A stretch of 64,000 nucleotides of DNA. Origin: an uncultured Poribacteria bacterium. Lineage in GTDB: Bacteria > Poribacteria > WGA-4E > PCPOR2b. Shown one piece after another: positions 19,701-29,346 of the stretch. A program made the translations under genes and the position numbers. Numbering within the stretch: position 1 is the first letter of the stretch; each line of letters opens with the position of its first letter. The stretch lies in the NCBI GenBank assembly GCA_958296125.1, contig OY282444.1:1543940-1607939 (forward strand), read 5' to 3'. A model generated the notes under the pieces. That model saw only the letters and a program-made list of their open reading frames with translations. It did not search any database and was not told the DNA's origin.

Positions 19701-22700
19701 CCGGTGTCGTTTCACCGTTCGCATCAGAAAGCTTGATAGTCAATCCATCAAAGGAACTTGCAATGGCTGTTAATCCGCTTGCTGGAATGACTGTTAGTGG
19801 ATTGGTATCCCCCGTCACGGAGACGATAGTTGGAATAAGCGTGTCGTAGATGAGTTGATGTGAAAGTGAGTTCAGGTTGCCTGCCTTGTCCGTCAACTCT
19901 AGGTTGACAGTGTAGACTCCATCGTCGCTCCCATCGGTTGCAAGGGGCTGAGAAAGCGTCAGGAAAATTTGAGCCGCCCCATCATTGGTCTGAACCGCTG
20001 CTACGACGTTCCCCCCTACATCTCGAAGTTGAAGCCGTTGGCTATCAATCTCTAAACCCGCCGGCCCCACATCTTCAACTTGAGCGGCGATTTGGATAAG
20101 CTGCTGACCGATGTAGGATAGCGGCTGCGTCGCATCAATTGGCGTTACCGAAGCCACTTCGGGCTCCTGTGTATCAAGCGTGAATTGATGCCGAGACGGT
20201 ATTCCCAATCGGGCACCACTATTGATAGGGGTGACCGTCACGGTGTAAACGCCATCCGCTGAACCATCTGTGGCGAGCTGTAGCGGTCTCCACGCAATCT
20301 GATGCTCTCCGCGTGAGGTCTGAACCCCTTCAACTTCACCATCGGGACCAGTTACGGTAATTGTTGAACCATCTGATGTCAAATTCAAGCCGGTGCCGCT
20401 GGCATCCTCAAGCGTTGCAACGATTTCGTCCAGCCGATTCACATATTCGACCGGTGCCGTTTGACCGTCGATTGTCACAACAGAAACAGCAGAACGCTCA
20501 AGTTCCAGATTGAATTGGTACTCGATGGCGTGTCTTGACACATTTCCTGCCAAGTCCCGTGGTGTGATTTCGAGGATATAAGTCCCTGTCTGATACAACG
20601 AGGCAAAACTGACGGTAATGGTATCGACCCCATCATCGCGGATGTTGATACCGAGCGGCGCATTCCCTGGACCGAGCAATTGAACACTTGTGCCAACCCA
20701 ATCTATGCCGCTCACCGGTGTCGTTGCATCATTCGCATCAGAAAGCTTGATAACCAACCCTTCAAATGGTTGTTCGATGGCTGCAAATTCATCTGGTAGG
20801 AGGACTGTTAGTGGGTTGGTGTACCCCGTCACGGAGACGATAGTTGGAATAAGCGTGTCGTAGACAAATGTATGCTCGCTATCTACACGGTTCCCCACTT
20901 TATCGAAAAGCGACAGTTGGATGGTATATTCTCCATCCGCTGACCCATCTCGTGATAGCGGCTGGTTCAATTCCCAAGTAATTGATGATTGCGCTTCCTC
21001 TACCGTTTGATGACCGGGAATTGCTGATTGGTCTGGAGCTTTTAGGAAAATCGTTGCACGATCAAAATCAATGCCTTCACCGCTGTAGTCTTGGAATGTT
21101 GCACTGACTTCGGTGAGTTGGGCGACAGCGGTAAATTCCGCCGGTGTTGTAGAAATAACCTCAGGTTTGCGCGTACCGTAGAAAAATTGGAACTCAACTG
21201 GGTTTGTGAGCGTGTTACCCGCTAAATCTGTGGGAGTTACTCGCACCCGGTAGGACCCATCGTCGGATCCATCGGCACGTAACGAATTAAATGAAAGGAA
21301 AACCGTATCTACCCCGTTATCGGTCTGGTTCGCGCCAACCAGTGTCCCTTCTGGCCCGACGAGGTTTACGGTTGTCCGCAAGACATCCATACCGCTGCCC
21401 GCTCCATCAGAGAATCCTACCGTAATCTGATTGATTGGAGACGTAATCAGTTGCGTCTCCACTCCGAGCAGTTCTATGCGCTCCCCATCGCTCTGTGTAA
21501 CGAGAGGGGTATGGATAGTGGGTGCCTGCGTGTCGTAGCGTAGTGCAAAGGTCTCTTCTTTCACGTATCCCGCTTTATCGACAGCCCTGACATGGAGCGA
21601 GTACAGCCCATCAAAGTTGCCTTCGCGGGTGAGAGGAGTTTCCAGTTCCCACCCGATTGTCATGTCATCATCATGATATGGTGAACCGGGGACGACCCCA
21701 CCCGAAGCATTCAACAACTGAATGGTCGACCGCCTAAAATCAATGCCGGTGCCAGCATCACTAACTGTCGCTTCCACCCGCGTCAGAAATTCATTTACGT
21801 TGGAGACAGTTTGCGTCAGTTCAATGTGACTTACCGCTTGGATGGTCGGCTCCTCGGCATCGTAAATAAACCGCTGCGGAATACTGGGGTTGCCCGCTCG
21901 ATCCACCAGCGTAACGACAAGGGTATACATGCCCTCCTCTAACAGTGCTTCAGAGCGAAACGCGAACTGACTGATACCATCGTCCGTTTGTGCACCGCCA
22001 ATTCTAGCGTTGTTTGCATCAAACAGTTCAAAGGTTGATGCAGCAGCGTCAAATCCACTTCCCTGTACACCCTCAAAATCGTCAGTCACTTCAAGTTCAA
22101 CTTCAATCCGCTCTGTGGTAAGCGGATTTGCGGCCTGCGGACGGGAGGCAACGATGATTGTCGGGGGTTGGCTGTCAAAAGTCAGAATAAAATCCGCCGT
22201 GAATGCTTCACCGATGAGATCTGTATATTGGACGTTGACAGTGTATCGGCCATCTGCTGAACCGTCTCGGGAAAGGGGCCTATCAACTGTCCAGACAAGA
22301 CGAGCATTCTGCTCATCTGCTATCACGGGTTTTGCTTCCACACTTGCCCCATTTCTGCTGACTGTTACCGTTGATTTTGATTCGGAAAAATCAAGACCCG
22401 GACCGATGTAGTCGAACAGTTGAACATCGATTGTTGTCAGGGTATTGATTCGGGTTTCGGTGGGAGTATTCAGACGAATCTCCGGCATCCTTGACGCAAC
22501 AAAAAATTGACGGAGCACAGTTGCTCCAGCATTGTTGGCACCATCTACAGGAGTGATTTCAATGGTGTATTCACCGTCCTCCGAACCGTCGATTGCCAGT
22601 ACTTCTGTCAATGTCAGAAAAACTGTGTCTCTACCGTTATTGCGTACCTCCGTATTCACTTCACTTCCGTCGGTGCGGAGCACCCTCACACCGGTGGCAG

Positions 22701-24744
22701 AAACATCAATCCCACTGACAGTATTCAGGACAACCGACACTTGCGAGAGGGCGGAAACGGTTTCGTTTTGAGCAGGAGTTGTCGAAACGATAGCGGGAAC
22801 TTGCGTATCGTAGGCGAACTCAAAGTTCTCCGTCTGAGAATTGCTCGCCTTGTCCGTCAATCTAACTCGAATGCGATAAATGCCGTCCTGGCTCCCATTG
22901 TGGCGTTCCAGCGGCTGGGTCAGTCGAAATTGTAGTGTGTCATTATCCTCATCAGGCGTTAGAGTCCCTTGAACTGGAATTGGTACAACGATGAGGTTAC
23001 TCTCGAAACGAACCATTCCAATCGTTGTTGCACTAAAATCAATGCCACTGCCGTTTTCATCGTTGAGAGTAGCTGTCACCACGGATAGAGAACTGTTTAG
23101 GAAGGTTTTTGCCCCCACCGAAGGGTTTAGTTGAGCTCCCGCCTCTGATGTCAGTGAAACTAACTCGGGGGCTTGGGTATCATAGCTGAAAGGAATCTGA
23201 ATCTCAACCGCATTCCCCGCACGATCTTGAGACTGCACCGTAATCGTGTAATCCCCATCGTCAGAACCATCCGTCGCAAGCGGAGCCCCCAGCGTCCAGC
23301 GGATGCTTTTTGCGCTGAATTGACGTTGGCTCCCAGCTACTACGGCTCCCCCTAGACCGTTCAAGCGAATCGTCGAAGCACTAAAATTCACCCTAGAGTC
23401 AATGTTATCCGCCAAGGTCGCCTCAATGAAAGTAAATTGTGTGTTGGTACTTGCATCGGGAGTCAACTCACCGTCATTAGTTGCAACGCTTGTTATCGTC
23501 GGTGCAACGTTATCAAAGGTGAAACTGACTCTATCTCGGACGATATTGCCGGCTTTATCTGCTCCAGAAACACGAATCGTGTAAACGCCGTTCTCGTTAC
23601 TGGAATCGAGCCCCCGATCGAGCGTCAGGGTTATGCGACCTGCATCTTCATCATAAATGAGAGCGCCATTACTTTGTGCACCGCGCGTATTTTCTAAGAC
23701 AATCTCCGTGAAGCTTGAACGAAAATCAATAGGACTGCCGTCACCTGCGTCGAATATCGCCTCAATCTGTTCAACGGGTGTGTTCCGAAACGAGTTCCGA
23801 TCCGGTGTTATCTCGGAAATGGTTGGAGACTCGGTGTCAATTTGGAAAGTACCAATTCCAAAAGTCCCCACGTTACCCCCCTTGTCGCTGCCATACAGTT
23901 GGACGATGTAGCTGCCGTCACTTAGCGGCGTACCCAAGCCATCACTTCCCGTCCAAGTAAATGAGTGGTTACCTTCCGTAAGGCGGGTCAGAGGAACTGC
24001 CGGCTGATCTGACGGATTGATAAATTTCAACTCAAGCTCCGTTAAATCCTCGGAAAGTCCGTAGCGGATTTGTGTTGCATCCCTGATGGAGTCTCTATTC
24101 GGTGACAAATCATGTTGGGATACAGTGGCTGATAGTTGCGGCAGCGTATTGTCAATTACCACTGAAAACTCACGTACAGCGTGCCCCGTCTCTGCACTAT
24201 TAACACTGTCATTGGGAATACCGTCAATTTCGATTTTAATCCGATAGTTTCCATCGTTAAGCAGGCGTGGACTTTTCTCTTCCTGATCGCTTGAAAAATC
24301 ATTTCCGTTCCACGCCTTGCGGATGGCTCTTGGATCATCTTCTGCATCAATACCAGCACCGAGTTCACCGGTTACTACCCAATCTTCTTCAGGATCAAAT
24401 CGGCCATCAGGTGTACCAATCCCACTTGGGCCATGGGTATCAATGATGATCCGGTAATCACCGAGTTCACCATCGGTGACAAAGCTGATAAGGAGCGTAT
24501 CTTGTACACCATCTCCATTTGGGCTAAAAACAGTATCTTCATTGATATCATCAATCACCTGTGGTGGGTTTTGAAAGCGTAACGCCCAAACGAGCGATTC
24601 GCCACTCAGAAAGAAAAAGGACGGGAAAAATTGGAACAAAAGAATAAGGATGAATAGATAGCATCCGTTTTTAGAAAATAGTGTAGAAAGTGTTTGTTTT
24701 TTCGAGTATGGCTGGTGTTGTTTTGCAGTTTTGATAATTCGCAC
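16771..24744 (-). CDS. Giant secreted Ig-like repeat protein with FlgD-Ig domain and T9SS-like C-terminal domain
   Basis: Probable GTG start at 24744 after AGGGGG, then a signal peptide. It has FSPNGDG/WxGxD FlgD-like modules, ~20 repeats with DGSxDGxY...DxAGN...YDTxxP, and C-terminal VWPNP...IYDFAGDLV...WDL.N..G..VARGIYIFRL. The ORF extends upstream to 25014. Confidence 0.85.
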   Translation of the reverse strand: MRIIKTAKQHQPYSKKQTLSTLFSKNGCYLFILILLFQFFPSFFFLSGESLVWALRFQNPPQVIDDINEDTVFSPNGDGVQDTLLISFVTDGELGDYRIIIDTHGPSGIGTPDGRFDPEEDWVVTGELGAGIDAEDDPRAIRKAWNGNDFSSDQEEKSPRLLNDGNYRIKIEIDGIPNDSVNSAETGHAVREFSVVIDNTLPQLSATVSQHDLSPNRDSIRDATQIRYGLSEDLTELELKFINPSDQPAVPLTRLTEGNHSFTWTGSDGLGTPLSDGSYIVQLYGSDKGGNVGTFGIGTFQIDTESPTISEITPDRNSFRNTPVEQIEAIFDAGDGSPIDFRSSFTEIVLENTRGAQSNGALIYDEDAGRITLTLDRGLDSSNENGVYTIRVSGADKAGNIVRDRVSFTFDNVAPTITSVATNDGELTPDASTNTQFTFIEATLADNIDSRVNFSASTIRLNGLGGAVVAGSQRQFSAKSIRWTLGAPLATDGSDDGDYTITVQSQDRAGNAVEIQIPFSYDTQAPELVSLTSEAGAQLNPSVGAKTFLNSSLSVVTATLNDENGSGIDFSATTIGMVRFESNLIVVPIPVQGTLTPDEDNDTLQFRLTQPLERHNGSQDGIYRIRVRLTDKASNSQTENFEFAYDTQVPAIVSTTPAQNETVSALSQVSVVLNTVSGIDVSATGVRVLRTDGSEVNTEVRNNGRDTVFLTLTEVLAIDGSEDGEYTIEITPVDGANNAGATVLRQFFVASRMPEIRLNTPTETRINTLTTIDVQLFDYIGPGLDFSESKSTVTVSRNGASVEAKPVIADEQNARLVWTVDRPLSRDGSADGRYTVNVQYTDLIGEAFTADFILTFDSQPPTIIVASRPQAANPLTTERIEVELEVTDDFEGVQGSGFDAAASTFELFDANNARIGGAQTDDGISQFAFRSEALLEEGMYTLVVTLVDRAGNPSIPQRFIYDAEEPTIQAVSHIELTQTVSNVNEFLTRVEATVSDAGTGIDFRRSTIQLLNASGGVVPGSPYHDDDMTIGWELETPLTREGNFDGLYSLHVRAVDKAGYVKEETFALRYDTQAPTIHTPLVTQSDGERIELLGVETQLITSPINQITVGFSDGAGSGMDVLRTTVNLVGPEGTLVGANQTDNGVDTVFLSFNSLRADGSDDGSYRVRVTPTDLAGNTLTNPVEFQFFYGTRKPEVISTTPAEFTAVAQLTEVSATFQDYSGEGIDFDRATIFLKAPDQSAIPGHQTVEEAQSSITWELNQPLSRDGSADGEYTIQLSLFDKVGNRVDSEHTFVYDTLIPTIVSVTGYTNPLTVLLPDEFAAIEQPFEGLVIKLSDANDATTPVSGIDWVGTSVQLLGPGNAPLGINIRDDGVDTITVSFASLYQTGTYILEITPRDLAGNVSRHAIEYQFNLELERSAVSVVTIDGQTAPVEYVNRLDEIVATLEDASGTGLNLTSDGSTITVTGPDGEVEGVQTSRGEHQIAWRPLQLATDGSADGVYTVTVTPINSGARLGIPSRHQFTLDTQEPEVASVTPIDATQPLSYIGQQLIQIAAQVEDVGPAGLEIDSQRLQLRDVGGNVVAAVQTNDGAAQIFLTLSQPLATDGSDDGVYTVNLELTDKAGNLNSLSHQLIYDTLIPTIVSVTGDTNPLTVIPASGLTAIASSFDGLTIKLSDANGETTPVSGIDWVGTSVQLLGPGNAPLGINIRDDGVDTIIVSFASLYQTGAYTLEITPRDLSGNVSSHAIEYQFNLELERSTVSAVTIDGQTAPVEYVNRLDEIVATLEDVSGTGLNLTSDGSTIAVTGSDGEVEGVQTSRGENQIAWRPLQLAIDGSADGVYTVTVTPVNSGARLGIPSRHQFTLDTQEPEVASVTPIDATQPLSYIGQQLIQIAAQVEDVGPAGLEIDSQRLQLRDAGGNVVAAVQTNDGAAQIFLTLSQPLTADGSDDGVYTVSLELTDKAGNLNSLLHQLVYDTQAPTLVSTDPTDGDLRSDDITLITANLNDLGDSGINFAASALTLLDPTGTPIQGVQSNDGYRKLTLQINGLVADGNYTIRVEAIDRAGNGLNAPFEAHFTFSSGMPVVVSTVPKTTKGKPPAPGKDSEGFTNEPLRQVEAEFQLDDGEANRSTITLLAPDGTTVPGQQVRQGKMFIYRLLRELAADGSDDGVYTISVMPVNSAGRQGAPEQFSFVYDTVSPEVDPDSIQLIVAEPGTNNSLVSVGAVITDDEPSSGVDWDNLDGSWITLDEVKGNRKIEGTLTTDEEQALLLTLIMPLASDGSQDGIYQLTIAPKDRAGNVTQVVTYRFFYDTRPPGVDTSSLFIDGQPLLTDSNDPYYPSATNKSGSIIIDAKLSDVNPDGSQGLGADLVNSSITVRSPSGNIISGTTTQNGTDRIRFKSGPLDDQGLYQVTITSVGLDAANLGFQPTDSVTTQFLFETTKPVVELTDLVGETTFEDEPLPLQGTAHDPSENDIPASEVALIEIVGTGPDDQPIDPVAAKDDSDEEEDPWSRWSIDFLPAQSGEYNLDIRVTDRAGNIGIYDAVTVNFSVSLIFKGPTYVWPNPLSLSRRSNGEVAHFSFEVNVPGGEGARIALSIYDFAGDLVYEKRFSDLRAGRSDNEVMWDLTNQSGADVARGIYIFRLEAEDVVTSNLTNVVGKIVVVE
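18830..20864 (-). repeat. Intragenic tandem duplication, 2 x 1,014 bp (338 aa)
   Basis: Near-identical blocks are offset by 1,014 bp, e.g. AAGCGTGTCGTAGA at 19837 and 20851. The protein repeats YDTLIPTIVSVTG...TDKAGNLNSL.HQL twice. Confidence 0.95.
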
Positions 24745-25041
24745 GCATTTCCCCCTACGGGTAGCTCCGCAGTTAAGTGTGGTCATAAAAGATATCGCTG
24801 AATAAGTGCCTTGATTTTCGCAGAATGCCCCGTTAAGCCGTTCGATGGAGTTCACATACACAGTAACAACAGCCGATACAACGCACCCTGACGCACCTAT
24901 TGGAGGAGACACTGAATCAATGGACCATCGCGGCACGCACTGACAACCCCCGCCAGCTGCAGGCGAGTCGGCATAGCCAGCTAATGCCCCCCTGGTATTT
25001 GACCCGTATCTCATTAGCCGGCAACTGTATTGCGAGCACCC

Positions 25042-25713
25042 CTAATTTGTACCCGGACCGCGGGCACCCCTATTCCAAATGAAACTGTCAACATCCCGGA
25101 TGGGGAGACCAACACGTTCTGCAGCTGCTTCCAAAAGGATAAGTGCCTCAATATCCGAGACGTTTCGGTTTAAGATATCAGATACGAATTTTTTAATGTG
25201 TATGTCAGGCTTTGAAGTCTGTGCGCCAAAGAGCATTCGCAGGTATTGAAAGCCAGCGAGCGCAAAACCTTTGATGTTCAACGTTTGGTAATCTTGAGGC
25301 TTGGCTTGAATTGCCCATTGTTTGAGAGCTTCTTCTTCGGAAATTGTTGGTGCGTTCTCAACAATTGTGCAAACATAACTTACGACAGACTGAAGAATCC
25401 TTGCACGATCCGCGTAATCGTTATTGAGTTCTTGTTTCAGGAATACATGAGATGTCGGGTAGCTATCCATAAGATTTGCTAATTCTACAACCCCTTGTGT
25501 ATCCGGATGGTTCTTCATGAAGGTTTTCAATCGGGGAGTCAGGAACTCGTCGTACTTCCGGTTGAGCGACAGGACACAGTCGATGACTTTAACAGCAGGG
25601 GGGTGTGACCATCCAGGACTCACCGTTACTGATTTAGAAATATCATCTGCAATTTGGGCTAGCCTAGTCGCTACGGCGGCGATGTCAGCCTCCGCAACCC
25701 TAATTTCCCTCAT
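25042..25713 (-). CDS. Uncharacterised HhH-GPD-like (DNA glycosylase fold) protein
   Basis: IDCVLS, HhH-like IKGFALAGFQYLRML, KPDIHIKKF and terminal DVDSFIW. Confidence 0.6.
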   Translation of the reverse strand: MREIRVAEADIAAVATRLAQIADDISKSVTVSPGWSHPPAVKVIDCVLSLNRKYDEFLTPRLKTFMKNHPDTQGVVELANLMDSYPTSHVFLKQELNNDYADRARILQSVVSYVCTIVENAPTISEEEALKQWAIQAKPQDYQTLNIKGFALAGFQYLRMLFGAQTSKPDIHIKKFVSDILNRNVSDIEALILLEAAAERVGLPIRDVDSFIWNRGARGPGTN

Positions 25714-25972
25714 TTGCCATTTGCTCCTTTTTTGTTGGGATCATATTATTTTTGGATTTTTTTGACATTTCAAACAAGTGACGATTAACCGATCAACTCA
25801 TCAACAATGGAACACAAATCGATTCATTGGACTCGATCTGTGTTAGACGCAAAAATATCAGTTTGGTTGAGAGATTGACTAGGTTGTAGAAAATTGTTTC
25901 AGGGTGGATGATCGGACTGTATTTGTCAACATTCAAGGGCGATCAGGTTTGCATTTGACAACTTTGGTGGTG

Positions 25973-26224
25973 TCAATTTTCTTCTCGCGCTGTTTGATAT
26001 TGCTTTTGAGTGAGTGATTTGAGACGCAGGTTTCGCGTCTCCAGACATTGCGGGCACCTCAATGCGATGTAATACTCTTCACTGAACATCTCATCGAGCC
26101 AATCAGCTCCGATCGACGGTTGATCCCTTTTTGCTAGAAACTCATCCATCACCTCATATTCTCGGTTGCAGTCGGGACAAATCTTCAAATCGTGTCCAAT
26201 TCGGATAATATCTAGCCAACTCAT
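25973..26224 (-). CDS. Small zinc-ribbon-like hypothetical protein
   Basis: Two CxxC pairs (CPDC, CPQC). RBS AAAGGA upstream. Confidence 0.6.
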   Translation of the reverse strand: MSWLDIIRIGHDLKICPDCNREYEVMDEFLAKRDQPSIGADWLDEMFSEEYYIALRCPQCLETRNLRLKSLTQKQYQTAREEN

Positions 26225-26438
26225 ATCTATCCTTTCAAAGATTGTCGCAGATTCCAGACATAAGCGGTAGGGTGTTATTTGGCATAATTGACTCGTATCG
26301 GTTTTTCGTTAAAACACGATCTGCTTACAACGTTCCGATGGGAGTGGAATCCTTCTCACATAGTGGGATATGAAAATGTCTTAGGTGAATGAATCGTGCA
26401 CTTTTAGAGTAGATGTTGCCAGCATCCAACCGTCAATT

Positions 26439-27407
26439 TCACTCAGCCTCCGCACAAAGTTGTGCAGCGTGCTGGACTCGGCGCATCACATCAACATTCG
26501 CCCGGGGGCTGCCTCCCGCATCGATAGTATCAAAGAACCCTCGTAGACTTTCGCGCATGCCTACAAATCCATAAGTCGGTGTCGAGGCGGGAGTGTGCTC
26601 AAGATGCCAATCGCCTGTTTCACCGCGCCATCGCCACCTCCCTGTCTGTAAATCGGCGATAATCTCTCCCGATCGACAGGCAACAGTCAGCTCAATGGCA
26701 GTCTCCTGTGGTACCACCAAGTTGAATTCAATCTGACCGATTCCTCCACTAGAATAAAGCAGCGATGCCCAACCGGCATCCATCAGTGTCCCGTTACTGT
26801 GGCGACCTCCCACAACAGACGCTTGAATCGCATTCTGTTTGAAAATGCAATCCAAGACATCGAGATACCAACCTCCCAACCAAAGGAAGAAACTCTGCCC
26901 CTGAACCTCGTCATACCACGCGCCGCCCGTATACCCCCAGTTACACCACAGACGGATTTTCGCCATCAACGGTTCACCCACCGCGCCGGATTGGAGACAC
27001 GCTAATATATCGTCCATCACCGGCAGGTATCGGAGTTCCAAATCGGCTTGAACCACGCATCCACTTGCTGCCAGCACGTTCAGTACGTGCGTAGCTGTTT
27101 CCGAGTTTGCCGCGACCGGCGGTTCAAAAAACAGATGCTTCTTCGACCCGGCAGCCGCTTGAAGGGCCGATGGGTGAAGGGAATTGGGAAGTGCAATCAA
27201 AACAGCGTCAGCGGTTACATCGTTCAACAGGTCGTGGTAGTCCTCAAATGTCTTCGTTCCCGGACCCAATGTTTGCTTTGCCAGTGCTCTTGTAGTATGA
27301 CTCCGAGCAGAGACAGCCACAACCTGAACCTTTGGCATCTCCGCAAGCAACGGCGCGTAGGCTTGACGAGCCCACTGACCAAAACCGATGATTCCAATAT
27401 TTGTCAT
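26439..27407 (-). CDS. Gfo/Idh/MocA-family oxidoreductase
   Basis: IGIIGFG, DAVLIALPNSLH and HLFFEPP. Confidence 0.9.
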   Translation of the reverse strand: MTNIGIIGFGQWARQAYAPLLAEMPKVQVVAVSARSHTTRALAKQTLGPGTKTFEDYHDLLNDVTADAVLIALPNSLHPSALQAAAGSKKHLFFEPPVAANSETATHVLNVLAASGCVVQADLELRYLPVMDDILACLQSGAVGEPLMAKIRLWCNWGYTGGAWYDEVQGQSFFLWLGGWYLDVLDCIFKQNAIQASVVGGRHSNGTLMDAGWASLLYSSGGIGQIEFNLVVPQETAIELTVACRSGEIIADLQTGRWRWRGETGDWHLEHTPASTPTYGFVGMRESLRGFFDTIDAGGSPRANVDVMRRVQHAAQLCAEAE

Positions 27408-27461
27408 GGTATCATTCTATTTTATACTTTTCCGCAGCTAATCCTTAATAGGTTTGACCTC

Positions 27462-27779
27462 CTACTGCATCGGTGAGAAGGCGGTCGGAATGAGGGTATC
27501 CGAGAGGACTTCCGCAACGATTGGTCCATTCGCTTCGGTTTGTTCGCGGGCTTTAATCCATTCAGGATCATCGCGGAAGGCAGCCCATGCCGCTTCCATC
27601 GCTGCTTCGCTTTCATACCTACAGATATACACCAATTCGTTGGCATCTGACCGTGTCCAGAATCCAACAACTTCTATGCCATGCTTTTCAAAGAGACCAA
27701 AGGTGATATTTTCAAATCGGCTGAGGATGTTTGGCATCCGGCCTTCCGGAATTCTATAGGTGCGAAGTTCATAAACCAT
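27462..27779 (-). CDS. NIPSNAP-family protein
   Basis: VYELRTY, LFEKHGI.VVGFW, AWAAFRDDPEW and LIPTAFSP. Confidence 0.92.
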   Translation of the reverse strand: MVYELRTYRIPEGRMPNILSRFENITFGLFEKHGIEVVGFWTRSDANELVYICRYESEAAMEAAWAAFRDDPEWIKAREQTEANGPIVAEVLSDTLIPTAFSPMQ

Positions 27780-27895
27780 TACTATTCTCCTTGTATAAAT
27801 ATGTGAGTTGTCTGGCGGCGTAAAAATTGAACACCACCGCGTTGAAACGTCGTCTCAATGCGACGAATATTTTGGTGCAAAAAGCCCGATCGAAC

Positions 27896-28927
27896 CTAAC
27901 CCAAAGGGGTCACCATAACCCAAAACGGTTGGCTCCCAACAGCGTAGTCTTTAAGTGCATGTAATTCACCAGTTGCCGCATCCACACGATAGCAAGTCAT
28001 TGTGTCCGCAGCCTCGCCGGCACCGTACAGATAGGTGCCCGTCGGGTCAATATTAAAGGATCGTGGACTCGCCGAGATCGGAAAATGTCCGAACGGATTG
28101 AGCGACCCCTCGGTGTCAATGTTAAACCCGACAATGCTGTCGTGCCCCCGATTGGATGCATAAGCCCATTTCCCATTCGGATGTACTTCCACGTGGGCGG
28201 TCGCCCCGCCTTCTGTGTAATCCGATGGTAAGGTCGAAATATTCTGGAAGATTTCGAGCGTACCTTTTTCCGGATCGTAACGGTGGGCAGTCACCGTGTT
28301 GCCCTGCTCGTTGACGATATAGGCGACATCCCCTTGGGGTCGAAAACAGATATGACGAGGCCCCGTTTCATCGTCGGGCGGTGCGAGTTCGGCGGGGTCA
28401 TTAGGTGTGAGTTGACCCGACTCGCTATCAAAGCGAAATTGGCAGGTCTTGTTGGTCGGGCAAACATGCGGTACAAAGATGAAGCGATCATCGGTCATCG
28501 AAAGGATCGCGTGAGCTTTCTCGCCGGTATCGACATACTGCACCAGTTCTCCAATTGCACCGTCGTCTCCTAGCCGATGTACGGTGATGCCGCCTCCACC
28601 GTAGTAGGCAGTGAGCAGGAAGCGTCCGTGCCTGTCCGTGGTGAGATGGGCGGGAATGCCGATGCCGGTATCCACTTTGTTGATAAGGGTGAGTTTGCAT
28701 GAGTCAGTATCAAGGCGGAAACTTGCCAACGTGGTTGATCCCACATGACTATCATACATTATGTCTCCAGACGGCTGCAGACAGAGAGCACCTGAAGGTC
28801 CGTGCGCGTTACTAGTTGAACGCAGCTGTAATGCGCCTGAATCGGGGTCCATGTCATAGCATTTAATCTGTTCGTCCCCGGTAAGCGAAACAAATACGAC
28901 ACATCGGTTTTTATCGGTTTGCATCAT
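27896..28927 (-). CDS. 6-phosphogluconolactonase-like 7-bladed beta-propeller lactonase
   Basis: GPRH, YASNRGHDSI and PRSFNIDP. Confidence 0.9.
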   Translation of the reverse strand: MMQTDKNRCVVFVSLTGDEQIKCYDMDPDSGALQLRSTSNAHGPSGALCLQPSGDIMYDSHVGSTTLASFRLDTDSCKLTLINKVDTGIGIPAHLTTDRHGRFLLTAYYGGGGITVHRLGDDGAIGELVQYVDTGEKAHAILSMTDDRFIFVPHVCPTNKTCQFRFDSESGQLTPNDPAELAPPDDETGPRHICFRPQGDVAYIVNEQGNTVTAHRYDPEKGTLEIFQNISTLPSDYTEGGATAHVEVHPNGKWAYASNRGHDSIVGFNIDTEGSLNPFGHFPISASPRSFNIDPTGTYLYGAGEAADTMTCYRVDAATGELHALKDYAVGSQPFWVMVTPLG

Positions 28928-29346
28928 ATAATAAGCTCCTATCTTGTGGCAGTTTACTGAAATCTATACAATCCATGCAGGTGAAGAAACTCAGTGCACA
29001 AGCTACCTGGCCCATCATTATAGCCGTTGACCGAATTTCGCACCCGAATGGCTTAAATTCTACCATTTTAGACCAACCGAATGCCAATTGAATTTTACAC
29101 AGAACAGTATGATATAGGGCTATTTAGTATTCCGTTTTTTGACCGATTTTGGCGGGTCGTCCGTTCCAGTCCCGATTGCATCGGACCTGTCCTCCCCGTT
29201 CCGTGCACGGTCCGAAGAATTAAATGACCCTACAGTATGATATAAAATCCGTTGACAGGGCATCCATTGCTGTGCTATGATGATGTTTTTCGAGAAGCTG
29301 TCCATTTTCTGCCTGTTAAGTATACAAAACTGAGGGAAAAGAGACA

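Noticed and set aside
18830..20864. Diversity-generating retroelement TR/VR pair
   Set aside because: The repeat is 1 kb, in-frame and tandem, the differences I checked are not confined to adenines, and no reverse transcriptase is present.
24745..25022. N-terminal 90 aa of the 2747-aa ORF, and a possible riboswitch in this leader
   Set aside because: A better start with RBS and signal peptide lies at 24744. The leader has one 11-bp stem (24976-25022) but no riboswitch consensus I recognise.
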